Counted from the first letter of the stretch, positions 28,080 to 38,993 are shown. The stretch: 64,000 bases of DNA from Opitutales bacterium (GCA_049599475.1 JBMYOQ010000002.1:1-64000); one strand, 5' to 3'. The notes: generated by a model from the letters alone, not told the origin. A program made the numbers and translations.

Positions 28080-29697
28080 TCTTCTCGGGCCCTTCGCTTG
28101 GATTGTCCGCGTTCTTAAAGCTATCCACGATCCATTCCGAGAGTGCTTTGTCTGGGTTGGAAATCGTATTCGAGTCTATTTCGAAAGACTGTTTTCCGAT
28201 ATTTCGGCGAATGATCGCCAGCCCGTGGGGGAAATCTTTGAATTGTGACTCGAGTTGCGTGTATACCGTCGCGTCGTCTTCCGGCAGAGAATCGATCAAT
28301 GAATCGATGGCTGAATCGGTGAAGAGAAGCTCGTGGCCATGTTTGCTTTTAAAATTGCTGGCGAAGCGTTTGATATCGCCTCGGTGAACATCGCGCTGGA
28401 GGTGCCGATTCGCGGCCTTGAGTGCGCGCAGCGTTGAATCCGGATCTTCCACTGTCTGCTTTGTGACTTCAAACGATTGGATCGCGGTGGAGGGTAGGGC
28501 GTATTTGAAGTTTCTGAAAACCGTTTCCAAGACAGTTAGAAGTCCACGTGCTCCAGTACCCTGACTAGATGCCCGTTTGGCGACCTCGAGGATTGCGTCG
28601 GGTGTGATATCAAAGCGAATACCGTAACCATAGAAATCGTTATGATATTGCGTGAGGATTGAGCCTTCGGAGGTTGTCAGGATCTTCGCTAAGTCATCCT
28701 GGCCAAGCTGACTGCATGCGACCCTCACTGGAATACGACCGATGAACTCGGGCTCGAAACCATACTGGATAAAGTCCTGGGTCTCTGCGCGATTCAGATA
28801 GGTCGCAGGTTCTTCGTCGGCGGCTTTTGAGCCGAGGGCTCCAAAGCCGAGGCTCCCTGAGTCGATCCGCTTCTTGATATCCTCTGCTAAACCATCGAAA
28901 GCGCCCGAAACGATGAAAAGTATATGCTTCGTAGAGAGTGTGCGTCGTTGTTTCTTGCGATTGCCCATCGACATCATGGCCTGCATCTGCGCCATCATAT
29001 CTGTCGGAGAGAACAGGTTCACGTCGGTGTCCTCCATGAGTTTTAGCAAATTGATTTGGACCCCACGTCCAGAGACGTCTTTGCCTCCTGTGCCCGAAGA
29101 ATATCCGGCAATTTTGTCGATTTCGTCGATGTAGACGATGCCGTATTGCGCGAGTTCGCCATCTCCTTCAGCTACCTTATTGAGGTCGCGAATCATATCC
29201 TCCACATCGGAGCCGACGTATCCAGTCTCAGAAAACTTGGTGGCGTCCGCTTTTACGAAGGGGACGCCAATGAGCTTGGCGATGTTCTTGATCAAGTAGG
29301 TTTTACCAACACCGGTGGGGCCGAGAAGGAGAATATTGGCCTTATTGTAGTCCGAGGCGGCGTAATTCGAGTCCTCGATACAGCGTCTCACGTGGTTGTA
29401 GTGATCGCAAACGGCGACGGAGAGAACCTTCTTTGCCTCATCTTGGCGGATTACGTAGCGGTCAAGATAGGCATGCACTTCTCGCGGCTTTAGCTGAAAG
29501 TTGCGGACGCGATCGAGTGCCTCGTTGCGGTCTTCCGCAGCCTCTGGAGTTGTGTCTACGGGCTCTTCGTTTTCTGGTTCCTCTGTCTGTGCTGCGCCGA
29601 AGGGGGCCATGCCGACCTTGATGTTCGGATTATTGATCATCTTTTGCAGCTGCTTTTGCAGTTCTTCCAAAGGATTTGGAGGGTCTCTATCACTCAT
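28072..29697 (-). CDS. ClpX-like AAA+ ATPase lacking the Zn-binding domain, with a C-terminal extension
   Basis: GPTGVGKT, DATKFSETGYVG, IDEIDKI, DVSGRGVQ, LGFG loop, TGARGL; no N-terminal C4 motif. Confidence 0.85.
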   Translation of the reverse strand: MSDRDPPNPLEELQKQLQKMINNPNIKVGMAPFGAAQTEEPENEEPVDTTPEAAEDRNEALDRVRNFQLKPREVHAYLDRYVIRQDEAKKVLSVAVCDHYNHVRRCIEDSNYAASDYNKANILLLGPTGVGKTYLIKNIAKLIGVPFVKADATKFSETGYVGSDVEDMIRDLNKVAEGDGELAQYGIVYIDEIDKIAGYSSGTGGKDVSGRGVQINLLKLMEDTDVNLFSPTDMMAQMQAMMSMGNRKKQRRTLSTKHILFIVSGAFDGLAEDIKKRIDSGSLGFGALGSKAADEEPATYLNRAETQDFIQYGFEPEFIGRIPVRVACSQLGQDDLAKILTTSEGSILTQYHNDFYGYGIRFDITPDAILEVAKRASSQGTGARGLLTVLETVFRNFKYALPSTAIQSFEVTKQTVEDPDSTLRALKAANRHLQRDVHRGDIKRFASNFKSKHGHELLFTDSAIDSLIDSLPEDDATVYTQLESQFKDFPHGLAIIRRNIGKQSFEIDSNTISNPDKALSEWIVDSFKNADNPSEGPEKNA

Positions 29698-29798
29698 AAA
29701 CTAAAGGTTTGACAGCATGGGCTGGATTCAGAAGTTAGTTATACTTAGTCACTTTCAGAATTTTTCGACTTTATTCGACTTCATCGTTAGTAGTCCCG

Positions 29799-30128
29799 AT
29801 GCCAGACAACCTTACCAAACGCGACATAGTTTTGCAAATCTATGAGAAGACTGGATTTCCGCAAAAGGAAGTGCGTGAAACGGTGCAGCAGACATTGGAT
29901 GCTATAGCGGATGCACTAAGCGAGGGGCGCAACGTGGAGCTGCGGAATTTTGGAGTATTTGAGATCCAGATTCGAAAGGAACGTGTTGGGCGTAATCCCA
30001 ATCGTCCTGAGACGGATGTTAAAATTCCAAAGCGAGCGGTCATAAAATTTAAGGCGGGCAAGGAACTGAGAGCCAACCTTAGCGATATGGACGTGGATCG
30101 CGTCGAAGAGGAACGAAGCGGGCTTTAG
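29799..30128 (+). CDS. HU/IHF-family DNA-binding protein
   Basis: VELRNFGVF, GRNPN, FKAGKEL. Confidence 0.95.
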   Translation: MPDNLTKRDIVLQIYEKTGFPQKEVRETVQQTLDAIADALSEGRNVELRNFGVFEIQIRKERVGRNPNRPETDVKIPKRAVIKFKAGKELRANLSDMDVDRVEEERSGL

Positions 30129-30176
30129 GCTGTCGAGCAGTTTTCTGAATCACCCTCTGACCCTTCCTATTAGCTT

Positions 30177-31496
30177 ATGTTCGATACGCTTCCTGGATTT
30201 CGTGAATTTTTGCCCGATGCTTGTTCGGTGCGTAATGCTATCTTTGATACCTGGCGACAGACTGCCGGACGCTTCAATTTTGTGGAGTATGATGCGCCTC
30301 TACTAGAGCCTTTGGAGCTGTATATTGAGAAATCGGGCCCCGAGATCGTTTCCCAACTGTTTAATTTTGAAGATCGCGGGGGGCGTGCAGTTGCACTTCG
30401 CCCTGAGATGACTCCCAGTCTAGCGCGGCTCGTAGGTGCTCGGGCTAATGCAATGCGCCGCCCGATAAAATGGTTTTCCATTGGTGAAAATTATCGCTAC
30501 GAGCGCCCGCAGAAAGGCCGCACGCGCGCATTCTATCAGTTTAATGCGGATATTCTGGGAGATCCTAGCCCGGGGGCGGATGCAGAGTTGATCGCCCTGT
30601 TGGTCTCTTCTCTCAAGCGCTTTGGGCTTAACGAGGAAGATTTCTATGTCCGTCTAAGTGATCGCACCTTGTGGACCTCATTCCTGCAGGCTCGAGGCCT
30701 TGAAGAGTCGGTCGTGTTTGAGGTGTTAGGGGTCATTGATAAACTTGAACGTAATGCCAAGGAGAAGTCATTGCAAAGTCTGGCAGATCTTGTAGGCGTA
30801 GATGCGGCTCCCGATCTCTTAGAGGCGATCGAGACTTTGATCAGCCTGAAGGATTTCTCAGATATTGAAGCATTTATTGCGAAGTCCTGTCCCGAGTCTG
30901 AGGCTTCGTCGACGGTGAGCCAGCGATTGGAAGACTGGCGAATCGTTTTTGAGAATCTACAGAGCCTCGGGTGTAAGGAATTCGTTGAAGTAGACCTCGG
31001 GATTGTTCGCGGCTTGGCGTACTATACTGGGTTTGTCTTTGAAGCTTTCGAGCGTTCGGGAGAGAGCCGTGCCTTGGCCGGGGGCGGGCGCTACGACAAT
31101 TTGGTTAAGAAAATGGGTGGGCCCGATTTGCCGGCGACTGGATTTGCCATGGGAGATGTCACTCTTACGGATTGTCTCACCGAAAAAGGGTTGATCGGCC
31201 CCGAGGTGCCGAGCGCTGATGCTTACATGGTCATCGGGAATTCTGATGCTATGAAGGTATGCCTCGCAGATGTCGCTCGAATGCGGCAACAGGGGCTTCG
31301 CATTGAATATCCCTACAAGATTCAAGGCTTCGGCAAACAATTTAAGAATGCGGAGAAATCCGGCGCGCGCTTTGCAGTAGTCTACGGAGAAGATGAGATT
31401 AAATCAGGCATCCTTACCGTTAAAGACCTTGAATCGGGCGAATCTCAGAGTGTCCCCCAAGTTGGCCTCCTTGAGTGGTTGGTCCGCGCAAAGTGA
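30177..31496 (+). CDS. hisS: Histidine--tRNA ligase
   Basis: LRPEMT, RYERPQKGR, VRGLAYYTG, GGGRYD, anticodon domain. Confidence 0.96.
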   Translation: MFDTLPGFREFLPDACSVRNAIFDTWRQTAGRFNFVEYDAPLLEPLELYIEKSGPEIVSQLFNFEDRGGRAVALRPEMTPSLARLVGARANAMRRPIKWFSIGENYRYERPQKGRTRAFYQFNADILGDPSPGADAELIALLVSSLKRFGLNEEDFYVRLSDRTLWTSFLQARGLEESVVFEVLGVIDKLERNAKEKSLQSLADLVGVDAAPDLLEAIETLISLKDFSDIEAFIAKSCPESEASSTVSQRLEDWRIVFENLQSLGCKEFVEVDLGIVRGLAYYTGFVFEAFERSGESRALAGGGRYDNLVKKMGGPDLPATGFAMGDVTLTDCLTEKGLIGPEVPSADAYMVIGNSDAMKVCLADVARMRQQGLRIEYPYKIQGFGKQFKNAEKSGARFAVVYGEDEIKSGILTVKDLESGESQSVPQVGLLEWLVRAK

Positions 31497-31533
31497 ACGC
31501 GCCTCCAAATTGGCGCTAAAGGAGTAATTTCTA

Positions 31534-33366
31534 ATGATTGATTTTATAAAATCTGTCCTAAAGCGCGTATTGGCGTCGCTTGTAGCGATGGTCATTGTGT
31601 TTGTCATCATATTGGTGATCTACGGAGTCTTCTTCTTTGCCGCGATGCAGCCGGTGCCTGTTGAGATCGAAGATGACGCTTTTCTTGTGATATCGCTCGA
31701 CCGAAATATCCCCGATGCGCCTCCTCAATACTCGCCGACCGAAGCATTTTTCTCTGCCTTAGAAGGTCGGGAGCCGGAGATGAATTTGCTGGGAATGCTG
31801 GATGCCATCTACGCTGCGCAGTATGATGATCGAATCGCAGGGGTCTTTTTAGCAGGGAGCATTTTTAGTCAGAATTATGGGAGTGGTTTTCCGGCCCTAG
31901 GCGAACTGCGCAAGGCTCTGCTGGATTTTAAAGCATCGGGTAAAAAGGTCATCGGATACCTTGAGAATGCCGATCTCAGTGAGCTGTATTTATATAGTGT
32001 TGCGGATGAATTGTATATCAATCCGCTGGGTGGGCTGATGTTACCGGGTCTCGCAACGGAGTCGCCTTATTTTGGAGAGGCGCTTGAGAAATTGGGCGTT
32101 GGGGCTCAAGTGGTGCGAGTCGGCGATTATAAATCGGCCGTCGAACCGTTTATCGGGAGTGGTATGAGCGATGAAAGTCGTGAGCAGTCTCAGGGGATGA
32201 TCGATGATGTCTGGTCTCGGATATCGGTTGAAATCGCCGAGGCCCGCGGGATAGACGTGAGTCTGTTGAACGATGTCATCACCTATGATCCGCTGGTATC
32301 TGCCGACGAAGCCATGGCCGCAGGCCTTGTCGATGAGATGTTATACTATGATGCTGTATTGCAGAAGGTCGCTGAATCCGGAGCCTCCGATATGGACGGA
32401 CGGACGTTTAAGCAAATTACGATTGAATCATATGCATCCGCCTTGTTGCAGCCGGAAGGGGGGCCGCTGGACAGCCTTGGGTCTGAGCCGTTGCCGTCGG
32501 TAGCTGTGGTATACGCCGAGGGCGATATTGTCGATGGAGACGAGCTCGATCAAAACGTCCCTGGAGATTGGCTCGCGCGCCGCCTTCGCGATATCCGTTA
32601 TGATGATTCTGTGAAAGCGCTGGTTCTCCGTGTAAACAGCCCCGGTGGGAGTGCTTATGCATCGGAGGTTATTTTGCGGGAGCTCGAGCTCTTGAACGAA
32701 AAAATGCCTGTGGTCATTTCGATGGGGACCTTAGCGGCGTCAGGGGGCTATTGGATTTCTACCGCAAACGATCTCATCATGGCAGATCCCAACACCTTGA
32801 CGGGCTCAATTGGGGTGTTCGGGATACTGTTCAACTTCCAGGAAATGACGAGTAAATGGGGCATCTATTTCGAAGGAGTAGAGACCCATCCTTACGGATC
32901 CTTGTTTTCAGCTTTCGAAGAAAAGTCACCCGAGGCCCTGGCCCTTGTTCAGCAGGAGGTTGACGAAATCTACGAAGCTTTCTTAACGCGAGTCACCAAC
33001 ACAACGGGAATTGACGATCAAGAAGTCCTGAATGAAATCGCGGGTGGCCGTGTCTGGACAGGTGCGCAAGCCCTGGAACTCGGTCTCTTAGACAAGCTCG
33101 GAGGCCTCAACGATGCCATAGACGAAGCGCTTATCCTTGCCGATCTCACGACAGAAGATTACTCTCTCATAGAAATTCCTGGAGCCCAAACCCCGCAAGA
33201 GATGCTCGTAGAGATGCTCAGCGGAGGCACATCCGTCAAAGAATTCGGCATAGAGGACGCTCTCAGACCCAAGAATGAGACCATCTCCAAGGCCGTAGAA
33301 ACTCTCGACCGCCTCATGCAAATCCAAGGCATCCAGGCCCGCTCGCCCGTTGTTGGTCTGGAGTAG
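31534..33366 (+). CDS. sppA: Signal peptide peptidase SppA (67K type)
   Basis: YKSAVEPF, RVNSPGGS, AASGGYW, TGSIGV, GRVWTG. Confidence 0.95.
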   Translation: MIDFIKSVLKRVLASLVAMVIVFVIILVIYGVFFFAAMQPVPVEIEDDAFLVISLDRNIPDAPPQYSPTEAFFSALEGREPEMNLLGMLDAIYAAQYDDRIAGVFLAGSIFSQNYGSGFPALGELRKALLDFKASGKKVIGYLENADLSELYLYSVADELYINPLGGLMLPGLATESPYFGEALEKLGVGAQVVRVGDYKSAVEPFIGSGMSDESREQSQGMIDDVWSRISVEIAEARGIDVSLLNDVITYDPLVSADEAMAAGLVDEMLYYDAVLQKVAESGASDMDGRTFKQITIESYASALLQPEGGPLDSLGSEPLPSVAVVYAEGDIVDGDELDQNVPGDWLARRLRDIRYDDSVKALVLRVNSPGGSAYASEVILRELELLNEKMPVVISMGTLAASGGYWISTANDLIMADPNTLTGSIGVFGILFNFQEMTSKWGIYFEGVETHPYGSLFSAFEEKSPEALALVQQEVDEIYEAFLTRVTNTTGIDDQEVLNEIAGGRVWTGAQALELGLLDKLGGLNDAIDEALILADLTTEDYSLIEIPGAQTPQEMLVEMLSGGTSVKEFGIEDALRPKNETISKAVETLDRLMQIQGIQARSPVVGLE

Positions 33367-33373
33367 GTTATTG

Positions 33374-34065
33374 GAAGGATGAAGGATGAAAGTTTCGTGG
33401 CGATTGAGTAGGGGCAGGGCAGAAGTGGCTTGGTCTCGTTTGTTTGCCTTGATGCCAGGCTCGAACCGCTGCGTTGTTGTGTCATCGTAATTGACGATAC
33501 GTCTTCTAGAGCATTCTGCGTTATTTCTGTCGCAAATTTCCTTTGACGTAAAAATGCGGATACGGTTCCGAGGAGCTTGCGACGACACGTCAAGCGAATG
33601 CGCGAAGCCAATCCACCCTCCAAGGGCTTGGATTATTGATGGAGGGCGGATCTCCGCATCCGCCAAGATCGGCGACTGATTATTTGCAGAATTTTCTAGG
33701 AAATTTTTATGGTCAAGAGGGCAATCACACTTGTCTTCGTTTGATCTCGTTTTCAACCGTGGACCGACGAGAACGTCGTTCATTTACCATTTGTATAAGG
33801 GTAAATGCGAAACGAATTTGGACTGTAAGTTCGGTTCCTCGAGTCATCAGCCGATCGGCGCTTCCAAATCAGCTGTCGCTGCCCTCAAACGCTCGTTGAA
33901 AGAATATATAGCAAGAGGGACGCACTCTTGAGTCTCGAGCAGCCCCCATCTTCGCCCACTGTCATAGCCTAAGTAGATTGATGGGTTTTTCTAATAACTT
34001 GGCTTTATGTTATAAGCATTTTGAATTACGTTATTTTCATCCCCCATCCTTCATCCTTCATCCTT
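33374..34065. repeat. Inverted heptamer tracts bracketing ~645 bp of apparently non-coding sequence
   Basis: gaaggatgaaggatgaa 33374-33390; ttcatcccccatccttcatccttcatcctt 34036-34065; REP-like tccaccctcca / tggagggcggatctccgcatccgcc at about 33612-33664. Confidence 0.7.
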
Positions 34066-34111
34066 AAAAATCCTTGCCACTGTTCACTTTGTTCATTTTA
34101 TTTTGAACACA

Positions 34112-34363
34112 ATGAAGCGAGTGTTCGTATCTGGTTGCTATGACATTATTCACGCGGGACATATACAGTTCTTCCGTGAAGCGCGCTCGCTGGGCGACCA
34201 TTTGACTGTATGCTTTGCTTCAGATGGGGTGCTCTGGGAGCACAAAAACCGAAAATTTTCACTTCCTGAGGATCACAAGCGAGCCATTCTAAAGGAATCG
34301 GCGAAGAGAATGAAATCATGGATTCTTGGACTGACCCCTTTTTGCACAATTCAAACCTCATGA
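34112..34363 (+). pseudogene. Truncated HxGH-type cytidylyl/adenylyltransferase
   Basis: MKRVFVSGCYDIIHAGHIQFFREARSLGDHL; family-like sequence is lost after about 60 aa. Confidence 0.7.
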
Positions 34364-34553
34364 CGCGACCCGCTACGCCGCCCTTTACTTTATGTCCTCA
34401 AAATATTTCAGATTCCACTTAGACACCAAGACTTTCGCCATCCCCTTCCGGGAAGACGACCATTCTCCTAGCATGACGAAAAGCGAGCCTGAAGAAGATA
34501 AAAGGTGCGCGATAGAGGTGAGGTTTGAAGCCCGATTTTGTTTCTGAAATACT

Positions 34554-35135
34554 ATGATTTCTATAGAAGAGCTTTCTCCATATAAATTTGTGATTTTCGA
34601 CTATGATTCAACAATTGCGAAAATACCCATTGATTGGCCAAAGGCTAGGTTAAGGTTCCGAGAATATTTGCAGGACCTAATTCCTGGCTTAAGCATACCA
34701 CAAAATTCTAGGGTCGATGAAATGGAATTATTGGCCTTGAAAGCCTTTCCTAATATGAAAGATAGTATATTTATGTTTCGATTAGAGCTGGAAACCCAAC
34801 TCGATGGTAAGCACGAAGGAATAAAAAATACAATCGAGCTCATTCGCGATCTTGCTGTTACTGAGACAAAGGAATTGTTGATCGTGAGCAATAATTTACG
34901 ACGGACGGTTGTGTCCGGGCTTTCACAGTTCTCGCTGAATGATTGTTTTAGCGCGGTTTTTGGAGTCGATGATGTCGGTTTTCCCAAACCGTCAACGGAT
35001 TCATTTTGTCTAATTGAACAAGTTTATGATGTATTGCCATCTGAATGCATTTTTATCGGCGACAATGATCGAACCGACGGCGGTTTCGCGGGTAAGATAG
35101 GTATGGGTTTTTATAATATTACGCATCTGAATTAA
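34554..35135 (+). CDS. HAD-family phosphatase
   Basis: IFDYDSTI, IVSN, KPS, IGDNDRTD. Confidence 0.88.
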   Translation: MISIEELSPYKFVIFDYDSTIAKIPIDWPKARLRFREYLQDLIPGLSIPQNSRVDEMELLALKAFPNMKDSIFMFRLELETQLDGKHEGIKNTIELIRDLAVTETKELLIVSNNLRRTVVSGLSQFSLNDCFSAVFGVDDVGFPKPSTDSFCLIEQVYDVLPSECIFIGDNDRTDGGFAGKIGMGFYNITHLN

Positions 35136-35151
35136 TAGACGAAAGCATCTT

Positions 35152-36780
35152 ATGAAATTACCGAAACTGTTGGACTGTACGCTTCGTGATGGCGGCTACA
35201 TCAATAATTGGAATTTTTCTCTTCATTTTGGTGAAGCTCTGTATCGAGCTGTTTCCCAGAGTGGTTGCGATTTTATCGAGGCTGGTTTTTTTGAGCCCGG
35301 TGCAGAGGCTGGACTTCCCTGGGTAAATTTGGGAAAGGGTGATTTACTACGGCTCCAAGATCGTGTGCCAGGAGGCTGTGAAATCGCAGTGATGATTAAC
35401 TATGGCTCCGTCAATATAGAGGATGTGCCAACGGCATCAAACTACCCTGCGCAAATGATTCGGGTTGCTGCGCCAAAGAACAAAGCAGAAGAGGGGACAA
35501 TTTTTGCAGCTAAGCTTTCGCAGCTAGGCTATAAAACAACGATAAATTATATGGGAGTTAGTAATTATACCAACCAAGAGATACTTGGATTGGTAAATCT
35601 GATGAATCAATATACAGATCAGATTGATTACTTCTATGTCGCAGATAGTTTTGGCAGCCTTTTTCCAAAGCGTACAAAGGAAATCTTCACAACTCTTCGA
35701 TTTGGGACCGCAGCGAAGCTGGGATTCCATCCTCACAATAACCTTCAAATGGCATTCGCTAATTGTCTGGAGGCAATCGAAGCGGGAGTCGATATTATTG
35801 ATAGTTCAGTTTTTGGAATGGGTCGAGGTGCTGGGAATCTTTTTACAGATGCTATTCTCGCATATTTTGAGAAGGAGGAGCCTGATCGTTTTCATCTACT
35901 GCCGATACTTCAGTTTGCAGATCTTTATATGGAAGAGCTGAAAAAGACTTATAGCTGGGGATATTCATTACCTCAGCTCTTGTCGGGCATTATTTCGTGT
36001 CATCCAAATTTCCCGACGAATTTGCTTCGAGAGAAGGCATATACAGCAGATGATATTTACCGAATTCTTCAACACTTGCCAGAGGGAGAGACGTCTCGTT
36101 TTTCCCATCAAATGTTACAAGAAATAAAAGCTGAACATACCCATGCACAGACCGCGTTAGGAGTTACTAAGATCTCGCAAAAGTTGCGCGACGAAGTAAT
36201 CAATAAAAAGAGAAAAGCGTTGTTGATTTGTGGAGGGCCAAGTGTTGTCAAAGAGCTACCGCGTATCGAAACTTTTATTGCCGATAATGCGCCTACGGTA
36301 TTCTCAGTTAATAATCCTGTCACTCCGGTTTCTGTTGACGGGGTGATATTTTGTAATCGAAGACGCCTCTTGCAGTATTATGATGCCATTCCTTCTTCGG
36401 TTATGGTAGTTTTCGGTCCTGAAATACATGAAAACGCAAAGCTGGATTTCGATATCAGCGAGATCACACAAATTAACCCTGTTGAATTTCTACGTGAACT
36501 CAAATTTCAACTTGAAGGCGACCCTACTAACTCAGCGATCGTATCAGTTCTAGGCCTTTTACAGGTTGGATTTAAAGAGATATACATATGTGGTTTAGAT
36601 GGTTACGGTAATGAAGAAAACTATTACTATAATGAAGCGGACCAACTCTTGGGTGAGGAGGAGAAAGATGCTGAGAATCATAAAATTTTGAAACAGGTTC
36701 AGATGTTAAGCGGGCTCAAGAAGCTCATCGATTTTAAATTCGTGAGCATTACTGAGAGCCGGTTCTTCAGTAACCAATAA
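35152..36780 (+). CDS. DRE-TIM aldolase (4-hydroxy-2-oxovalerate aldolase-like) fused to a Maf/GT42-like Rossmann domain
   Basis: LLDCTLRDGG, ADSFG, GFHPHNN, GMGRGAGN; C-terminal LLICGGPSV..FSVN..IYICGLDG. Confidence 0.85.
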   Translation: MKLPKLLDCTLRDGGYINNWNFSLHFGEALYRAVSQSGCDFIEAGFFEPGAEAGLPWVNLGKGDLLRLQDRVPGGCEIAVMINYGSVNIEDVPTASNYPAQMIRVAAPKNKAEEGTIFAAKLSQLGYKTTINYMGVSNYTNQEILGLVNLMNQYTDQIDYFYVADSFGSLFPKRTKEIFTTLRFGTAAKLGFHPHNNLQMAFANCLEAIEAGVDIIDSSVFGMGRGAGNLFTDAILAYFEKEEPDRFHLLPILQFADLYMEELKKTYSWGYSLPQLLSGIISCHPNFPTNLLREKAYTADDIYRILQHLPEGETSRFSHQMLQEIKAEHTHAQTALGVTKISQKLRDEVINKKRKALLICGGPSVVKELPRIETFIADNAPTVFSVNNPVTPVSVDGVIFCNRRRLLQYYDAIPSSVMVVFGPEIHENAKLDFDISEITQINPVEFLRELKFQLEGDPTNSAIVSVLGLLQVGFKEIYICGLDGYGNEENYYYNEADQLLGEEEKDAENHKILKQVQMLSGLKKLIDFKFVSITESRFFSNQ

Positions 36781-36794
36781 GATTGGAGGATTCC

Positions 36795-37538
36795 ATGAGC
36801 ACAAAGAAAGACCTCTCAGTAATTCTTCCGATGAGAAAAGGTAGTGAAAGGGTTCCGAATAAAAATACCAAACCTTTTGCCGGAATTCCATTTGGTCTGG
36901 CGGAGCTTAAACTTTCTCAGTTGTTGCAGCTAGCGAGCGTTGATCAGATAATTATTGATACGAATGAACCTCGGATTAGCGAAATTGTCGAAAATCTTAA
37001 TTTTCCACATAAATCGAAAAAAAGAATACGTATAGAGGAGAGAGATCCTGCTTTTGCAGGTAATGAGGTCACTACCGATTCGCTTATAGCATATCTTGGC
37101 CAAAAAATCGAAACGACTCATGCGCTGTGGACACACACAACTTCACCTTTTGTTGATAGCAGTGTTTATCATCGTGCTATTGATCAATATTTTAGTCGAG
37201 ACCCGATCCAGAATGATTCTTTAATGTCAGTTACTCGGCTTCAGGAGTTTATTTGGGATGAGACTGGACCTAAGAATTACGATTATTCGGTCAGCAAGTG
37301 GCCCCGCACTCAGACTTTGCCACCATGGTACTTTATCAATAGCGCCATCTTTTGTTGCCCAACTGAATATTATGTGAGTTCGTCTAATCGGATAGGGTCA
37401 AATCCAATATTATTCGAAATGGATAAGATTGTTGGTTTCGATGTGGATTGGCCTATTGATTTCGAGATTGCTGAATTGATCTACAAAGCGTCTTCGCAAA
37501 GTTCTGACCTCTACTCGAAATCCCAGGAATCGTTGTGA
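36795..37538 (+). CDS. Acylneuraminate/ulosonate cytidylyltransferase (NeuA-like)
   Basis: LPMRKGSERVPNKN, TTSPF, RTQTL, DVDWPIDF; SD ggagg upstream. Confidence 0.9.
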   Translation: MSTKKDLSVILPMRKGSERVPNKNTKPFAGIPFGLAELKLSQLLQLASVDQIIIDTNEPRISEIVENLNFPHKSKKRIRIEERDPAFAGNEVTTDSLIAYLGQKIETTHALWTHTTSPFVDSSVYHRAIDQYFSRDPIQNDSLMSVTRLQEFIWDETGPKNYDYSVSKWPRTQTLPPWYFINSAIFCCPTEYYVSSSNRIGSNPILFEMDKIVGFDVDWPIDFEIAELIYKASSQSSDLYSKSQESL

Positions 37539-37544
37539 TTTCTT

Positions 37545-38993
37545 ATGCTGACAGGAAAATTAGCTAAGGTTTGGAATTCCCCTGTTTTGACAACCTGGGC
37601 GAGCCTGCTGGCACAGTCGCTGAGCTTGGTTGTTGTGATTCCCGTCATTATCACGCGTCTGACAGTTGAAGATGTTGCACTGTATTATGTACTGGTAACC
37701 TTAATAACCTTTCAGGCTGTCTTAAACGTCGGGTTCACGCCCACATTCACCCGACTAGTTGGTTTCGCGATGGCGGGTTTGCCACCTGAAAGAATGGCGG
37801 ATTTAAATTCGCTTCCCAGTTCTTTGGAAAAAAAAGATTTAGAGGATGATGCAGTTCAGAAATCTTTGGGGCGTGTCGTTTCAACTATCAGGGTTGTTCA
37901 TAAATGGATCGCATTTTTGGCGCTCGTGCCTTTTGCAATCCTGGCCGCATTTTTTGCAGCAGAGCCTATAGCAAATAGCAGTTCCTTGGCTGACGGATGG
38001 ATCGCCTTATTTATAGTGGTGTTAGTAACCTTGTTCAAAGTATTTGGCTCGCAATTTGAAAGCGTCCTCAGGGGAAGTGGTCAGATCGCGTTAGTCTCCC
38101 GCTGGCAGGCAGTTTCCAATTTTGCATCTATATTAACCATCCTATTGGTTTTGTATCTTTCGCCTTCAGTCGTATCAGTCATTGTCGCTCATCAAAGTTG
38201 GCAAGTATTTAATGTTTTAAGGAATTGGATCTTGTGCAGGAGATGGTTGAAGAGGTATTCGATTGATGCTTCTCAGAAATTTGATCGCGTGGTCTTCGAT
38301 GTGTCCTGGCCTCGTGCCTGGCGATCGGGTCTTGGGGTTTTCGCCAACAATGGTGTGATTCAACTATTAGCTTTGGATTATGCTAAAAATACGGATTCTG
38401 AAACAGCAGCTACTTATCTCTTGGCGGTTCGGATCGTGACGGCTATTGACCAATTTTCGATGGCGCCGTTTTACACTAAGCTGCCCATTATGAATCGCGT
38501 GAGGGCATCTGGCGATTTGAAAGGCCATAGCGATCTCGCGCAATCTGGTATGCTCATCACAAATTGCATCTTTGTTCTGGGTATTCTAACTGTGGCCGTT
38601 TTAGGAAATCGTCTTCTATTGTTAATTGATGCTTCCGTTATGCTTCCAAGTGCTACGATTTGGGTCGGTATAGCATCGGTATTTTGGTTAAACCGCTACA
38701 GTGCGATGCACATTCAGAATTACTCGGTTACCAACCATATCGTCTGGCATTGGTTAAATGGTATATCTGGTCTTATTGCGCTCTTAGTATATTTTTTGAT
38801 GAGTGAAGCAAGTTTGGGCCTTTACACGATTCCTTTTGCTATGCTGTGCGGTGGGCTTTTTAACGCTTCATTAAGCCTATATTTTAGTCAAAAAGTAATT
38901 TTTGGATCTCTTCTCTCATTCGAGGCTCGTGCGACAGGACCGTCACTGCTATTATTTTTGTTAATTGCTCCTATAGTTGTTTTACTCCAATGA
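37545..38993 (+). CDS. Polysaccharide flippase (Wzx-like)
   Basis: 482 aa, about 12 TM segments, position in the glycan locus. Confidence 0.75.
   Translation: MLTGKLAKVWNSPVLTTWASLLAQSLSLVVVIPVIITRLTVEDVALYYVLVTLITFQAVLNVGFTPTFTRLVGFAMAGLPPERMADLNSLPSSLEKKDLEDDAVQKSLGRVVSTIRVVHKWIAFLALVPFAILAAFFAAEPIANSSSLADGWIALFIVVLVTLFKVFGSQFESVLRGSGQIALVSRWQAVSNFASILTILLVLYLSPSVVSVIVAHQSWQVFNVLRNWILCRRWLKRYSIDASQKFDRVVFDVSWPRAWRSGLGVFANNGVIQLLALDYAKNTDSETAATYLLAVRIVTAIDQFSMAPFYTKLPIMNRVRASGDLKGHSDLAQSGMLITNCIFVLGILTVAVLGNRLLLLIDASVMLPSATIWVGIASVFWLNRYSAMHIQNYSVTNHIVWHWLNGISGLIALLVYFLMSEASLGLYTIPFAMLCGGLFNASLSLYFSQKVIFGSLLSFEARATGPSLLLFLLIAPIVVLLQ

Noticed and set aside
33088..33783. 231-aa minus-strand ORF
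   Set aside because: Overlaps sppA antisense and runs through repeats; no motifs
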